Shown here one piece after another: positions 1 to 10,691 of a stretch of DNA of 64,000 bases. Both the position numbers and the translations under genes were made by a program. The notes beneath the pieces were generated by a model. That model saw only the letters and a list, made by a program, of their open reading frames with translations, was not told the DNA's origin and ran no database searches. The DNA is taken from assembly GCA_965216755.1 (NCBI GenBank), contig CBDCGL010000011.1, positions 3,776,001 through 3,840,000 of the forward strand, in the 5' to 3' direction. The stretch comes from Alphaproteobacteria bacterium (GTDB lineage: Bacteria > Pseudomonadota > Alphaproteobacteria > UBA7887). Position 1 is the first letter of the stretch; the number at the start of each line of letters is the position of its first letter.

Positions 1-182
1 GTGACGCCGAGCAAAACTTGGTCGCGTTCGCCGACGCCGAGCCCGTCGAGTAACGCTTCGATCGCTTGCGGCTGATCGCCGGCCGGCGCGAAGTCTGACT
101 CAATCTCGAATGGCCGGACGCGCGTATTCCGGCGCGTCGATGGCGGGGCGTTGGCCACGGCTTGCTCTGTCATCGCCGCCAT
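1..182 (-). CDS. uvrB: Excinuclease ABC subunit B, N-terminal part (runs off window start)
   Basis: Hand translation of the minus strand gives ...[37 protein letters not shown], the UvrB N-terminus leading into Walker A. In-frame ATGs at 182 and 173. Not in the ORF track. Confidence 0.9.
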   Translation of the reverse strand, partial: MAAMTEQAVANAPPSTRRNTRVRPFEIESDFAPAGDQPQAIEALLDGLGVGERDQVLLGV

Positions 183-216
183 CTTGTCATCTGTCTGGCC
201 CTGTTCAAGACCCCGA

Positions 217-1404
217 CTACGCCGCCTGGCTCCATCCCGCACCGCTGGCATAGTCACGGATGCGGGCCAAGGCGCGGCGGATGTTGTCGATGCTGTTGGC
301 ATAGGAAAAGCGGATGTAGCCTTCGCCGAACGCGCCGAAGCTGGTCCCCGCAATGGCGGCCACCCCGAGTTCCTCCAACAACAGGGTTTCCATTTGCTTA
401 GAGGTCATGCCGGTGCCGGCGATGTTCGGCATCGTGTAAAAGGCACCGGTCGGCAAGATCGATGAGCAACCGGGAATGTTGTTGGTCTCTTCGACGATGA
501 TTTTGCGCCGTTCGTCGAATGCCTGGCGCATGGTTTCGACTGAATCCTGCGGGCCGGTCAGCGCCGCCAGTGCGGCATATTGCGTGGCCGCGTTGGTGCA
601 CGAGACCGAATTGATGTTGAGCCGGGTCGCATGGTCGACCAGCGGCGACGGCCACACCGCATAGCCGATCCGCCAGCCGGTCATGGCATAGGTTTTCGAC
701 CAGCCATCCAACAGGATCAGGCGGTCGCGCAGCGACTCATAGCTGAGCAGGGTGACGAATTCGGTGTCGTCATAGAGCAGCCGCGAATAGATCTCGTCAG
801 ACATGACGACCACCTGCGGGTGACGCGCGAGCCCTTCTACCAATCGGTCAAATTGTGCGCGCGGGACGACGCCGCCGGTCGGATTGGCGGGACTGTTGAT
901 GATCAGCAAGCGGGTCTGTGGGGTAATCTTGTCCAGCACTTCGTCCGCGTCGAAGGCAAAGCCATTGGCCTCGCGCAGCGGAATTGGCACGGCTTTGGCG
1001 CCGGAGAAGTTGATCACCGACTCGTAAATCGGGAAACCGGGATTGGGGTACATAATCTCCGCGCCCGGTTCGCCGAACATCAGAATGGCGTACCACATCG
1101 TGACCTTGCCGCCGGGGACGATGACGACATCATCGGGATTGACCTCGATGCCCCGAAACGACGCGCAATCGGCGGCGACGGCCGCGCGCAAGGGCAGGAT
1201 GCCGTTGCCCGGCGTATAGCCGTGATGTCCGTCGGCCAAGGCCTTTTGTGCCGCTTCAACGATATGATCGGGGGTGCGAAAATCAGGTTGGCCGATACCG
1301 AGATTGATAATGTCGCGGCCCTGCAATTCAAGCGCCTTGGCCCGCGCCAAAACTTCAAACGCGCTTTCGGTGCCGAGCCGGCTCATATGTGCGGCAAGTT
1401 GCAT
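217..1404 (-). CDS. PLP-dependent class I/II aminotransferase (aspartate aminotransferase-like)
   Basis: [23 protein letters not shown] and PLP-lysine motif [15 protein letters not shown]. Start trimmed to [10 protein letters not shown]. Confidence 0.9.
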   Translation of the reverse strand: MQLAAHMSRLGTESAFEVLARAKALELQGRDIINLGIGQPDFRTPDHIVEAAQKALADGHHGYTPGNGILPLRAAVAADCASFRGIEVNPDDVVIVPGGKVTMWYAILMFGEPGAEIMYPNPGFPIYESVINFSGAKAVPIPLREANGFAFDADEVLDKITPQTRLLIINSPANPTGGVVPRAQFDRLVEGLARHPQVVVMSDEIYSRLLYDDTEFVTLLSYESLRDRLILLDGWSKTYAMTGWRIGYAVWPSPLVDHATRLNINSVSCTNAATQYAALAALTGPQDSVETMRQAFDERRKIIVEETNNIPGCSSILPTGAFYTMPNIAGTGMTSKQMETLLLEELGVAAIAGTSFGAFGEGYIRFSYANSIDNIRRALARIRDYASGAGWSQAA

Positions 1405-1456
1405 ATTTGTGGTCTCCTCGCTTGGGCCATTTGGCGCCGACGGCCAACCCTTTTGA

Positions 1457-2812
<1,356 letters not shown>

Positions 2813-2816
2813 GGCC

Positions 2817-4892
2817 ATGGACCGAGACAGCCCGATCGATATCGCCTATTCGGCGTGTCCCCACGATTGCCCGTCGACTTGCGCGCTAGAGGTCGAGCGG
2901 ATCGACGACTTCACCATCGGCCGCGTCCACGGCGCGCGGGACAACAGCTATACCTCTGGTGTTGTCTGCGCCAAAGTGGCGCGCTATGCGGAGCGGGTCC
3001 ACCATCCGGATCGCCTGAAAGAACCGCTTCGCCGCACCGGCCAAAAAGGGGCAGGTCGTTTCGAACCGATCAGTTGGGACGACGCGTTGGACATCGTCGC
3101 GGAAGCCTTTGTCAAGGCGGCCCAGGCCCATGGCTCTGAGGCGGTGTGGCCATATTTCTACGCCGGCACTATGGGCTTGGTACAGCGCGACGGCATTGAA
3201 CGATTGCGCCACGACATGCGCTATTCCGGTCAGTACAGCACGATCTGCACGACCTTGGCGCGGACCGGCTGGATGGCTGGTGCCGGAAAATTGGTCGGAC
3301 CCGACCCGCGCGAAATGGAAGAGGCCGACCTGATCGTGTCGTGGGGCGGCAATCCGGCGTCGACCCAAGTCAACGTCATGAGCCACATTCAAAAGGCGCG
3401 CAAGGCGCGCGGCGCCAAGCTGGTGGCGATCGACCCCTATCGAAATCGGACGGCCAAGGTTGCCGACATGCACTTGGCGTTGCGGCCGGGTACCGACGGC
3501 GCGCTGGCCTGTGCGGTGATGCACGTCGCATTTCGGGATGGTTATGCGGACCCCGCCTACATGGCCAAATACGCCGATTGTCCGGAACGTCTTGAAGCCC
3601 ATTTGGCGACTCGGACCCCGGCCTGGGCGGCCGACATCACGGGGTTGTCGGTCGACGAAATTGAGCAATTTGGCGCCCTTTACGGGCGCACACAGCGCAG
3701 CTACATCCGCGTCGGTTACGGGTTTTCCCGATCACGCAATGGCACGGTCAATATGCACGCCGTATCGTGCCTGCCGACGGTCACCGGCGCCTGGCGTCAT
3801 GTGGGCGGCGGCGCGTTCTATTCCAACGGTGACATCTATCATTGGGACAAGACCCTGATCGAAGGCTTGGATGTGCGCGACCCCAGCATTCGCATGCTCG
3901 ATATGTCGCGCATTGGGCCGGTGCTGGCCGGCGACAAGCGAGACCTTGGCGATGGCCCTCCGGTCACCGCCATGATCACGCAAAATACCAATCCGGCGGT
4001 GGTGGCACCGGAGTCCGGGTTGGTCAATCGTGGCCTCGCGCGCGAAGACCTGTTTCTGTGCGTACATGAACAGTTCATGACCGATACCGCCGTTTACGCC
4101 GATATCGTGTTGCCAGCGACCATGTTTGTGGAGCATGACGACATCTATCAGGGCGGCGGCCACCAACACATCATTCTGGGGCCGAAAATCATCGAACCCT
4201 ATGCCGAATCGCGATCCAACCACGACGTGTTGTGCGGTTTGGCGGCACGCCTGGGCGCCGGTCATCGCGGCTTTAAGATGACCGCCTGGGACATCATCGA
4301 CCAAACCTTGAGTGCGTCCGGTTGGGGCAACGTGGAGACATTGCAGGCCAATCGCTGGCGCGATTGCCAACCCGAATTCGAAAACGCGCATTTTCTGAAT
4401 GGGTTCGGCCATGCCGACGGTCGGTTCAAATTTGCTCCGGATTGGCCGGCCTTGGGGCCCAATCACCAGGCCATGCCGGAATTGCCCGACCATGTGCCGT
4501 TGATCGAGGGAGCAGATGCCGAACATCCGTTTCGCATGGTGACGGCGCCCGCCCACAACTATCTGAACACAAGCTTCACGGAGACCGATACCTCGATCGA
4601 CAAGGAATCGCGGCCCATGGCCAAGATTCATCCCGATGATGCCGGCAACTTGGGTATCGCGTACGGCGACCGCGTACGGCTTGGCAATCGGCGCGGCGAC
4701 GTGCTGGTGCACGCCGAACTTTTCGATGGGCTCCAGCCCGGCGTGATCGTGGTGGAGAGCATTTGGCCAAACCGGGCCTTCGAAGAGGGACGTGGGATCA
4801 ATACCTTGGTTGGCGCTGATGCTGGACCGCCGGCCGGTGGCGCCGTCTTTCACGACACCGCGGTGTGGGTGCGCGCGGATCCATCGGGCTAA
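2817..4892 (+). CDS. Molybdopterin-dependent oxidoreductase (DMSO reductase superfamily, cytoplasmic, substrate unknown)
   Basis: N-terminal CPHDCPSTC...C Fe-S motif, ISWDDALD, LRPGTDGALA, YADIVLPA, C-terminal dinucleotide-binding domain. No Tat signal. Confidence 0.88.
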   Translation: MDRDSPIDIAYSACPHDCPSTCALEVERIDDFTIGRVHGARDNSYTSGVVCAKVARYAERVHHPDRLKEPLRRTGQKGAGRFEPISWDDALDIVAEAFVKAAQAHGSEAVWPYFYAGTMGLVQRDGIERLRHDMRYSGQYSTICTTLARTGWMAGAGKLVGPDPREMEEADLIVSWGGNPASTQVNVMSHIQKARKARGAKLVAIDPYRNRTAKVADMHLALRPGTDGALACAVMHVAFRDGYADPAYMAKYADCPERLEAHLATRTPAWAADITGLSVDEIEQFGALYGRTQRSYIRVGYGFSRSRNGTVNMHAVSCLPTVTGAWRHVGGGAFYSNGDIYHWDKTLIEGLDVRDPSIRMLDMSRIGPVLAGDKRDLGDGPPVTAMITQNTNPAVVAPESGLVNRGLAREDLFLCVHEQFMTDTAVYADIVLPATMFVEHDDIYQGGGHQHIILGPKIIEPYAESRSNHDVLCGLAARLGAGHRGFKMTAWDIIDQTLSASGWGNVETLQANRWRDCQPEFENAHFLNGFGHADGRFKFAPDWPALGPNHQAMPELPDHVPLIEGADAEHPFRMVTAPAHNYLNTSFTETDTSIDKESRPMAKIHPDDAGNLGIAYGDRVRLGNRRGDVLVHAELFDGLQPGVIVVESIWPNRAFEEGRGINTLVGADAGPPAGGAVFHDTAVWVRADPSG

Positions 4893-4932
4893 CGGCTATC
4901 GATCAAGCCCTTGTGAGGGCGCGTGAAAAGCC

Positions 4933-4961
4933 GTTGACGTTGCGGCGCCCAGCCCCATTTA
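4933..4961 (+). promoter_or_regulatory. Putative RpoH (sigma-32) promoter of msrP
   Basis: GTTGAC-N14-CCCCATTTA, close to the CTTGAA-N13/15-CCCCATNT consensus, about 70 bp upstream of msrP. Confidence 0.5.
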
Positions 4962-5030
4962 TCGAGGCACAGGTGTCCGCCGAAAGAAGCGGCGCATAAA
5001 CTCCACATCGCCCTGCGAGGATCGTGCCGC

Positions 5031-6032
5031 ATGCTGATCAAATCCATTCCCGGTTGGGGTCTTCCCGAACGCGCCGCGACGCCAGAGGACGTTTTTTGGC
5101 GGCGGCGTTCGCTGGTCAAAGGCATCGCGGCCGGCAGTATTCTGGCGACGGCGGCGCCCTTGCTTGGCGCGTGCGATGGTGCCGGGTCAGAGACCGCGGC
5201 CGAGGCTGCCGTGGTTGTCACCGATGACCCGACCGCCGATCTGTATCCGGTGGCGCGCAATACGCGCTACGCCGTTGATCGTGATCTGACCGAGGAGAAA
5301 TGGGTCACGACCTACAACAATTTCTATGAATTCGGGTCGCATAAGAAGATCTGGAAAAGTGTCGGCAAGTTCCAGCCGCGCCCCTGGGAAGTGGCAATCG
5401 ACGGCATGGTTGAGAAGCCGTTCAAGATCGAAGCCGATGACTTGATTCGTGAGATGCCCCTAGAGGAGCGGCTCTATCGGCATCGCTGCGTCGAAGCCTG
5501 GTCGATGGCCGTGCCGTGGAGTGGTTTTCCGTTGGCGGCTTTGGTCGATAAGGCGCGTCCTTTGGCCAGCGCCAAATATGTGCGCATGGAGAGTTTCTTT
5601 GATCCAGACGTGGCGCCAGGGCAACATCAGAACTGGTATCCCTGGCCCTATGTCGAGGGCTTGACCCTGGACGAGGCGAGAAACGAACTGGCGTTCATCG
5701 TGACCGGCGCCTATGGCAAACCCATGCGCAAACAGAATGGTGCGCCGTTGCGGTTGGCCGTACCGTGGAAATATGGCTTTAAGCACATCAAGTCGATCAC
5801 CCGATTTACCTTTGCCGAGGAACGCCCGCGTACTTTTTGGGAAGAGGTTGGCCCGAACGAGTACGGCTTTTGGGCGAACGTGAATCCGAAAGTCGACCAT
5901 GCGCGTTGGAGCCAAGCCAAGGAACGTGTGCTCGGCGCCAGCAAGAAAGTGCCGACGTTGCTGTATAATGGCTACGAAGAATTCGTTGCGCACTTATATG
6001 ACGGCATGAACGACCAGAAACTCTATATGTGA
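5031..6032 (+). CDS. msrP: Periplasmic methionine sulfoxide reductase catalytic subunit MsrP (YedY)
   Basis: Tat motif RRSLVK, YNNFYEFG, YRHRCVEAWSM (Mo-Cys), QNGAPLRLAVPWKYGFK, EYGFWANVNP. Confidence 0.93.
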   Translation: MLIKSIPGWGLPERAATPEDVFWRRRSLVKGIAAGSILATAAPLLGACDGAGSETAAEAAVVVTDDPTADLYPVARNTRYAVDRDLTEEKWVTTYNNFYEFGSHKKIWKSVGKFQPRPWEVAIDGMVEKPFKIEADDLIREMPLEERLYRHRCVEAWSMAVPWSGFPLAALVDKARPLASAKYVRMESFFDPDVAPGQHQNWYPWPYVEGLTLDEARNELAFIVTGAYGKPMRKQNGAPLRLAVPWKYGFKHIKSITRFTFAEERPRTFWEEVGPNEYGFWANVNPKVDHARWSQAKERVLGASKKVPTLLYNGYEEFVAHLYDGMNDQKLYM

Positions 6033-6703
6033 CGGGCAAGTCATCAATTGCCCCGCGGCTGGTCATTTTTGATTGCGATGGGGTCCTGGTTGACAGCGAA
6101 CCGATCGCCAACCGCATTCTTGCCGCGGCGCTGACCAACGCTGGTTACGCATGCACCGTGGCGCAGGCGGTCGAGAAATTCGTGGGCCGCAGCTTGCCGA
6201 ATATCATCACCGATGTGGAAACGGAGTTGGGACGGTTGTTGCCCGCGCATTTCGCAGAGAGTTTGCAGGCCGACACATTTGATGCTTTTCGGCGCGAGCT
6301 CAAACCGGTGCCCGGGGTCGCGGCGGCACTAGACCGGATCACCCTACGTAAATGCGTTGCCTCGAGCGGTGCGCCGGAAAAGATACGCCTGTCGCTGTCA
6401 CTGACGGGATTGGATAGTCAATTCGGCAACAGTTTGTTTTCCGCCTTGCAAGTATCAAGGGGCAAACCGCACCCAGACTTGTTCTTGTTTGCGGCCCGGT
6501 CGATGGACACGCCGGCGGCCGCTTGCGTGGTTGTGGAAGACAGCACACCAGGGGTTCAGGCCGCGCGCGCCGCCGGCATGCGCGTGCTTGGATATCGCGG
6601 TGGCGATCACGTTGGCCCGAACCATGGCGATCGCCTGGCGGCCCACGGCGCGGAGGTGTTCGCCCGGATGGCCGATTTGCCCCGGCTGTTGTCCGGCTCA
6701 TGA
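6029..6703 (+). CDS. HAD family hydrolase (subfamily IA)
   Basis: IFDCDGVLVDSE, GKPHPDLF, VVEDS. GTGA overlap with the msrP stop. Confidence 0.9.
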   Translation: MTGKSSIAPRLVIFDCDGVLVDSEPIANRILAAALTNAGYACTVAQAVEKFVGRSLPNIITDVETELGRLLPAHFAESLQADTFDAFRRELKPVPGVAAALDRITLRKCVASSGAPEKIRLSLSLTGLDSQFGNSLFSALQVSRGKPHPDLFLFAARSMDTPAAACVVVEDSTPGVQAARAAGMRVLGYRGGDHVGPNHGDRLAAHGAEVFARMADLPRLLSGS

Positions 6704-6716
6704 TATCGTTATTCGA

Positions 6717-7613
6717 CTAAAGCGGCGTATCCGCGACCTTGCGTAACAAAAAGTCGCGAAACACGCCGACACGCCGCGAGTTGCGCAACTCTTCAGGATA
6801 TACGAAATAACCTTCGACATTGGGCGTTTGCACGTCGGGCAGCACGCGGACAAATTGCGAGGATTTATCCGCCAAGTAGGCCGGCAACGTCGCAACGCCG
6901 ATGCCGGTCTGCACCGCCCGGAAAATCCCGTAAACATTGTTGACCGTCAGCGCCGGCTTAAAATCGGCGTCTTGACTGCGGAGTTTCTCGACCAGCCAGT
7001 CGACATCATCATAGGGTGACGGCGCGCCTTCACCAAAGCCGATGACACGATGATCATGGGCAAGATCGGCCAAGCTGCGTGGGGTCCCGAAGCGATTGAT
7101 GTAGGCCGGTGCGGCATAAATACCAAAATGGGCCGTGAACAGATGGCGCTGGATCAGGGTTGGTTGCCGCGGCGGCGTCAACCTGACCGCCACGTCGGCC
7201 TGGCGCATGGCCAGATCGAGTTCGACATCGAGGACCAACAGCTGTACGGAAATATCGCGATAATGGTCGATGAATTCACCGATATAGCTGGTCAGCCACA
7301 GTGAGCCGAAGCCAATTGTCGTCGATACGCGCAGCGGGCCCTTGGCTTCGGCCTTGCTTTCCTTGAGTGTTGCTTCGGTCATCGCCAATTTGGCGAATAC
7401 TTCGCGCGCGGTTGAGTACAGCGTCTCGCCTTGCTCGGTGAGAATCAAGCCGCGCGCATGGCGATGAAACAAAGGCAGGTTGAGTGAATCTTCCAGACTT
7501 CGAATCTGCCGACTGACGGCGGATTGACTAAGGTGAAGGGTGTCCGCCGCATGCGTGAAGCTACCACAATCGGCCACAACGCGAAAAACCCGTAGCTTGT
7601 CCCAATCCATCAT
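6717..7613 (-). CDS. LysR family transcriptional regulator
   Basis: MDWDKLRVF...SFTHAA...SQSAVSRQI HTH and a substrate-binding domain. Usual neighbour of trxB in alphaproteobacteria. Confidence 0.93.
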   Translation of the reverse strand: MMDWDKLRVFRVVADCGSFTHAADTLHLSQSAVSRQIRSLEDSLNLPLFHRHARGLILTEQGETLYSTAREVFAKLAMTEATLKESKAEAKGPLRVSTTIGFGSLWLTSYIGEFIDHYRDISVQLLVLDVELDLAMRQADVAVRLTPPRQPTLIQRHLFTAHFGIYAAPAYINRFGTPRSLADLAHDHRVIGFGEGAPSPYDDVDWLVEKLRSQDADFKPALTVNNVYGIFRAVQTGIGVATLPAYLADKSSQFVRVLPDVQTPNVEGYFVYPEELRNSRRVGVFRDFLLRKVADTPL

Positions 7614-7633
7614 CGCTGCGCCATCATTTCGAG

Positions 7634-8635
7634 CTACGCATCAATTGGCTCGCGATCCGATTCCGGCATCGCAGCCCGCACCGTTTGCGCGTTCTCTTGG
7701 CTCGCCAAAAAGCGTTCGGCTTCAAGCGCCGCCATGCACCCGGTGCCGGCCGCGGTGACCGCCTGGCGATACGTCTTATCCTGGACATCGCCGGCTGCGA
7801 ACACGCCTGCGACGTTGGTACGCGTGCTATCCGGGGCGGTGACAACGTAGCCGTCTCGGTCGATCTCTATTTGACCACGGAACAGGGCCGTGTTCGGTGT
7901 GTGGCCAATTGCGACAAAAACACCGTCGGCAGCCTGATCCCGCGTCACGCCGGTTTTGACGTTGCGAACGCGCGCGCCGGTTACGGCCGGCGGGGTCCCG
8001 TCACCCAGGATTTCGTCAACCACCGTATCCCAAAGGATGTCGATCTTGGGATGGGCAAACAGTCGATCCTGCAGGATCTTTTCGGCACGCAATTCATCCC
8101 TGCGGTGGACCACTGTGACCCGACTGGCAAAGTTGGTCAGAAACAGCGCTTCTTCGACCGCAGTATTGCCGCCGCCGACCACGATGACAGCCTTGTCGCG
8201 GAAAAAGAAGCCATCACACGTCGCGCAAGCCGAGACGCCGAACCCTTTGAACTTCTCCTCGCTGTCCAGGCCCAGCCAACGCGCCTGAGCACCTGTACAT
8301 AAAAGCACCGTGTCGCCGGAATAGATGGCGCCGGAATCGCCAACACAGCGGAACGGCCGCGCGCTCAAGTCAACCTCGACAATCGTGTCGGCAAACATCG
8401 CCGTGCCGACCCCTTTCGCCTGGGCCTCCATTTGTTCCATCAACCAGGGGCCTTGGATCACCTCGGCAAAACCAGGATAGTTTTCGACGTCGGTCGTAAT
8501 CGTCATCTGTCCGCCCGGCTGCAGGCCGTAAACCAGGATGGGCGATAAATTCCCGCGCGCTGCATATATGGCGGCGGTGTAGCCGGCCGGGCCGGATCCC
8601 AGAATCAAGACCTTGGTGTGGTGTTGTTCAGCCAT
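7634..8635 (-). CDS. trxB: Thioredoxin-disulfide reductase
   Basis: GSGPAG, CATCDG active site, GGGNTAVEEA, GVFAAGDV. Start trimmed to MAEQHH. Confidence 0.96.
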   Translation of the reverse strand: MAEQHHTKVLILGSGPAGYTAAIYAARGNLSPILVYGLQPGGQMTITTDVENYPGFAEVIQGPWLMEQMEAQAKGVGTAMFADTIVEVDLSARPFRCVGDSGAIYSGDTVLLCTGAQARWLGLDSEEKFKGFGVSACATCDGFFFRDKAVIVVGGGNTAVEEALFLTNFASRVTVVHRRDELRAEKILQDRLFAHPKIDILWDTVVDEILGDGTPPAVTGARVRNVKTGVTRDQAADGVFVAIGHTPNTALFRGQIEIDRDGYVVTAPDSTRTNVAGVFAAGDVQDKTYRQAVTAAGTGCMAALEAERFLASQENAQTVRAAMPESDREPIDA

Positions 8636-8854
8636 TTCGCCGTTCTCGTTCTCCCTTGCGCGCGGCATTGCGGCATTGCGGCATGCGGCGCGCCAACCGA
8701 TCACCGGACCTGCCCGGTTTCGGGCCGCCGATCAAAGATGGCGGTGCCGAAGAATCTGTCAACCGCTTGATGTCAAAGCCGACCTTGGCACTATGGTGGC
8801 GGTGCCGCAGCCTCTGCCTCAGTCAAAATTCTACCCTTTTTCCGATGTTTTGTG

Positions 8855-8877
8855 TTGCGAATGGTTCTCATTCGCGA
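8855..8877 (+). promoter_or_regulatory. Fur/Mur-type operator overlapping a putative promoter
   Basis: GCGAATG-GTTCT-CATTCGC (8857-8875), a 19-bp 7-5-7 inverted repeat with Fur-box geometry (GATAATG-ATAAT-CATTATC). A TTGCGA -35-like hexamer at 8855 overlaps it. Confidence 0.6.
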
Positions 8878-8888
8878 TAAATCATAAC

Positions 8889-8985
8889 TGACGACTTCGA
8901 CGCGGCCGCAAATGGGCTTTGTCGAAGGAGCCTCTCCTTCGACTGGGTGGGTCGGTTCTGTCACGGGGGCCGGCCCCATTTTTTT
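8889..8985 (+). ncRNA. Candidate small regulatory RNA (~95 nt)
   Basis: Intergenic and downstream of the Fur-like box. Perfect hairpin 8921-8943 contains an anti-SD-like CCTCTCCTT tract, followed by a + strand intrinsic terminator. The 5' end is estimated. Confidence 0.55.
8948..8985 (+). terminator. Rho-independent terminator (+ strand)
   Basis: Stem GGGTCGGTTCT / GGGGCCGGCCC with four G:U pairs, a 6-nt loop and then T7. The G:U pairs make it fold well only on the + strand. Confidence 0.7.
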
Positions 8986-9979
8986 ATCGCGCGGTCTCGT
9001 TCCAATTGCCCTGCGACAAGATCGCCTGAGCCACGGTGCCGGCGTCGTCGAGTGGGCGTTGATCGGTGGCGCGACGACGGTCGAGGCGGGCGGTCAAGTT
9101 GAACGGCTGCGCGAAGCCGGATTGATATAGGATTTGGTGGAAGCGTCTGTGGCGATGGCCGGTCGCGCCTGGTGGCGCAAAAATGAAGACCGGTTTGCCG
9201 GTTGCGCAAGCCTCGGCGCACATGGACATGGAATCGCCAGTCACGACGATCGCGTCGGCATGACCGAGCATGCCGAGATAGGGATTAGCGGCCGGTGGCG
9301 GCCGCCACCCGTATTTCTCCGCCGAGTCGGGCAATGCCGCGAACAGCGCGACTGTAGCGGTCGCAGACGTGCGGCGGCTGGTTGTGGCCATGATATGGGC
9401 GCCGAGGCGTTGCGCGAATGCCGTCACCTGGTGCCCCAAATCCGTTGCGTGTTTCGACGTGAAGCGATGACGGCCCGCGTCGCCGCCGACAATCAGGGCC
9501 AGACGCGGGCCTGGACCGGGCGCGAAAGACGTCTGCCATTCTTGCTTGGCGGCGGCCAGCGTGGCGATCGTGACGCCGTGCGGCGCGCCGACCGTTTCGA
9601 TGAGCCCGGCACGTTTTGACACGCGGTCGTGGACGGGTACCGCGATCAGGTCGAGTCCAGTCGTCGGGCGGCCTGGCCACATCAGCTGCACGGTCATGGT
9701 GGCATTTCGGCTTTGACTTTTGATATGGCGATTGACCGGTACTGTTCGCCGACCGGCCCCGATCACGATATCGGGCCAAGGTGGCGCAATACGGGCGGCA
9801 CTGGATGCGGTCAGATGGCCCAGGCGCGCACCCAACAGCAGATTGGGCAATCCGGCCGCGCGATTGTAACGAAGCGTCTTGATGGTGTAGGGCAGGGCCA
9901 GTGCGTCGGCCACGGCCAAGCACTGGCTGACATTTCCGGCACGGTCGTCAACGAGGGCCCAAATAATCGGCAACGTCAT
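8984..9979 (-). CDS. ELM1/GtrOC1 family protein (putative glycosyltransferase-fold)
   Basis: DDRAGNVSQCLAVA, PPWPDIVIGAGRR, LIVGG, TTSRRT, NPYLGML, VTGDSMSMCAEACATGKPV. Confidence 0.85.
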   Translation of the reverse strand: MTLPIIWALVDDRAGNVSQCLAVADALALPYTIKTLRYNRAAGLPNLLLGARLGHLTASSAARIAPPWPDIVIGAGRRTVPVNRHIKSQSRNATMTVQLMWPGRPTTGLDLIAVPVHDRVSKRAGLIETVGAPHGVTIATLAAAKQEWQTSFAPGPGPRLALIVGGDAGRHRFTSKHATDLGHQVTAFAQRLGAHIMATTSRRTSATATVALFAALPDSAEKYGWRPPPAANPYLGMLGHADAIVVTGDSMSMCAEACATGKPVFIFAPPGATGHRHRRFHQILYQSGFAQPFNLTARLDRRRATDQRPLDDAGTVAQAILSQGNWNETAR

Positions 9980-10127
9980 TGTTAGGAGACAAACTTATAG
10001 GCCGTAGCCGTCATGCGCATGCTGGCCAGCGGTCGTCAGAGGCCAAATATGTGTCGCACAACCGTTTCAAGTTTTTGTCTGTTCATTCGTGAGGGCCGTG
10101 CCAGACGACCGCGCCGAGATCGCGGAC

Positions 10128-10601
10128 CTATTTGAAATCGAGGGCGATGATTTCGTAGGATTTCTGACCGCCCGGCGTGGTTACATGCGCAGTGTCGCCA
10201 AGCTCTTTGCCGATTAAGGCACGGGCCAGGGGCGAGGTGACCGATAGCCGCCCTTTGTTCACATCCGATTCATCGGCGCCAACGATCTGATAGGTTGTTT
10301 CGTCGCCGGTATCTTCATCGGCGACCGTGACTGTCGCGCCAAACTTGACGTGCTCCCCAGACAATTTACTGACATCGATCACGTCGGCGCGACCCATTTT
10401 GTCTTCCAGTTCGCGCACCCGCCCCTCGATAAAGCTCTGCCGCTCACGGGCCGCGTGATATTCGGCATTTTCACTCAAATCGCCATGCTCACGCGCTTCG
10501 GCAAGCTGACGAATGACCGCCGGCCGTTCGATGCTTTTCAGGCGCTTCAACTCCGCCTCGAGCCGCCCGTAGCCTTCGGCGGTCATCGGTATCCTGTCCA
10601 T
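10128..10601 (-). CDS. greA: Transcription elongation factor GreA
   Basis: AREHGDLSENAEYHAARE, SVTSPLARALIGK. Confidence 0.97.
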   Translation of the reverse strand: MDRIPMTAEGYGRLEAELKRLKSIERPAVIRQLAEAREHGDLSENAEYHAARERQSFIEGRVRELEDKMGRADVIDVSKLSGEHVKFGATVTVADEDTGDETTYQIVGADESDVNKGRLSVTSPLARALIGKELGDTAHVTTPGGQKSYEIIALDFK

Positions 10602-10691
10602 GATCGACCTTTCTCAGCCACATTCCCAAGATGTGGGTCGTCGCGCTTGGGGTCGATGGCCCCGATCGCATTTCAAAAGTTTTTCGAATGA

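Noticed and set aside
8662-8690. GCGGCATT short tandem repeat upstream of trxB
   Set aside because: Only about three degenerate copies, with no supportable function.
10602-10691. greA leader attenuator
   Set aside because: Small hairpins are present but there is no U-tract on the coding strand, so the support is insufficient.
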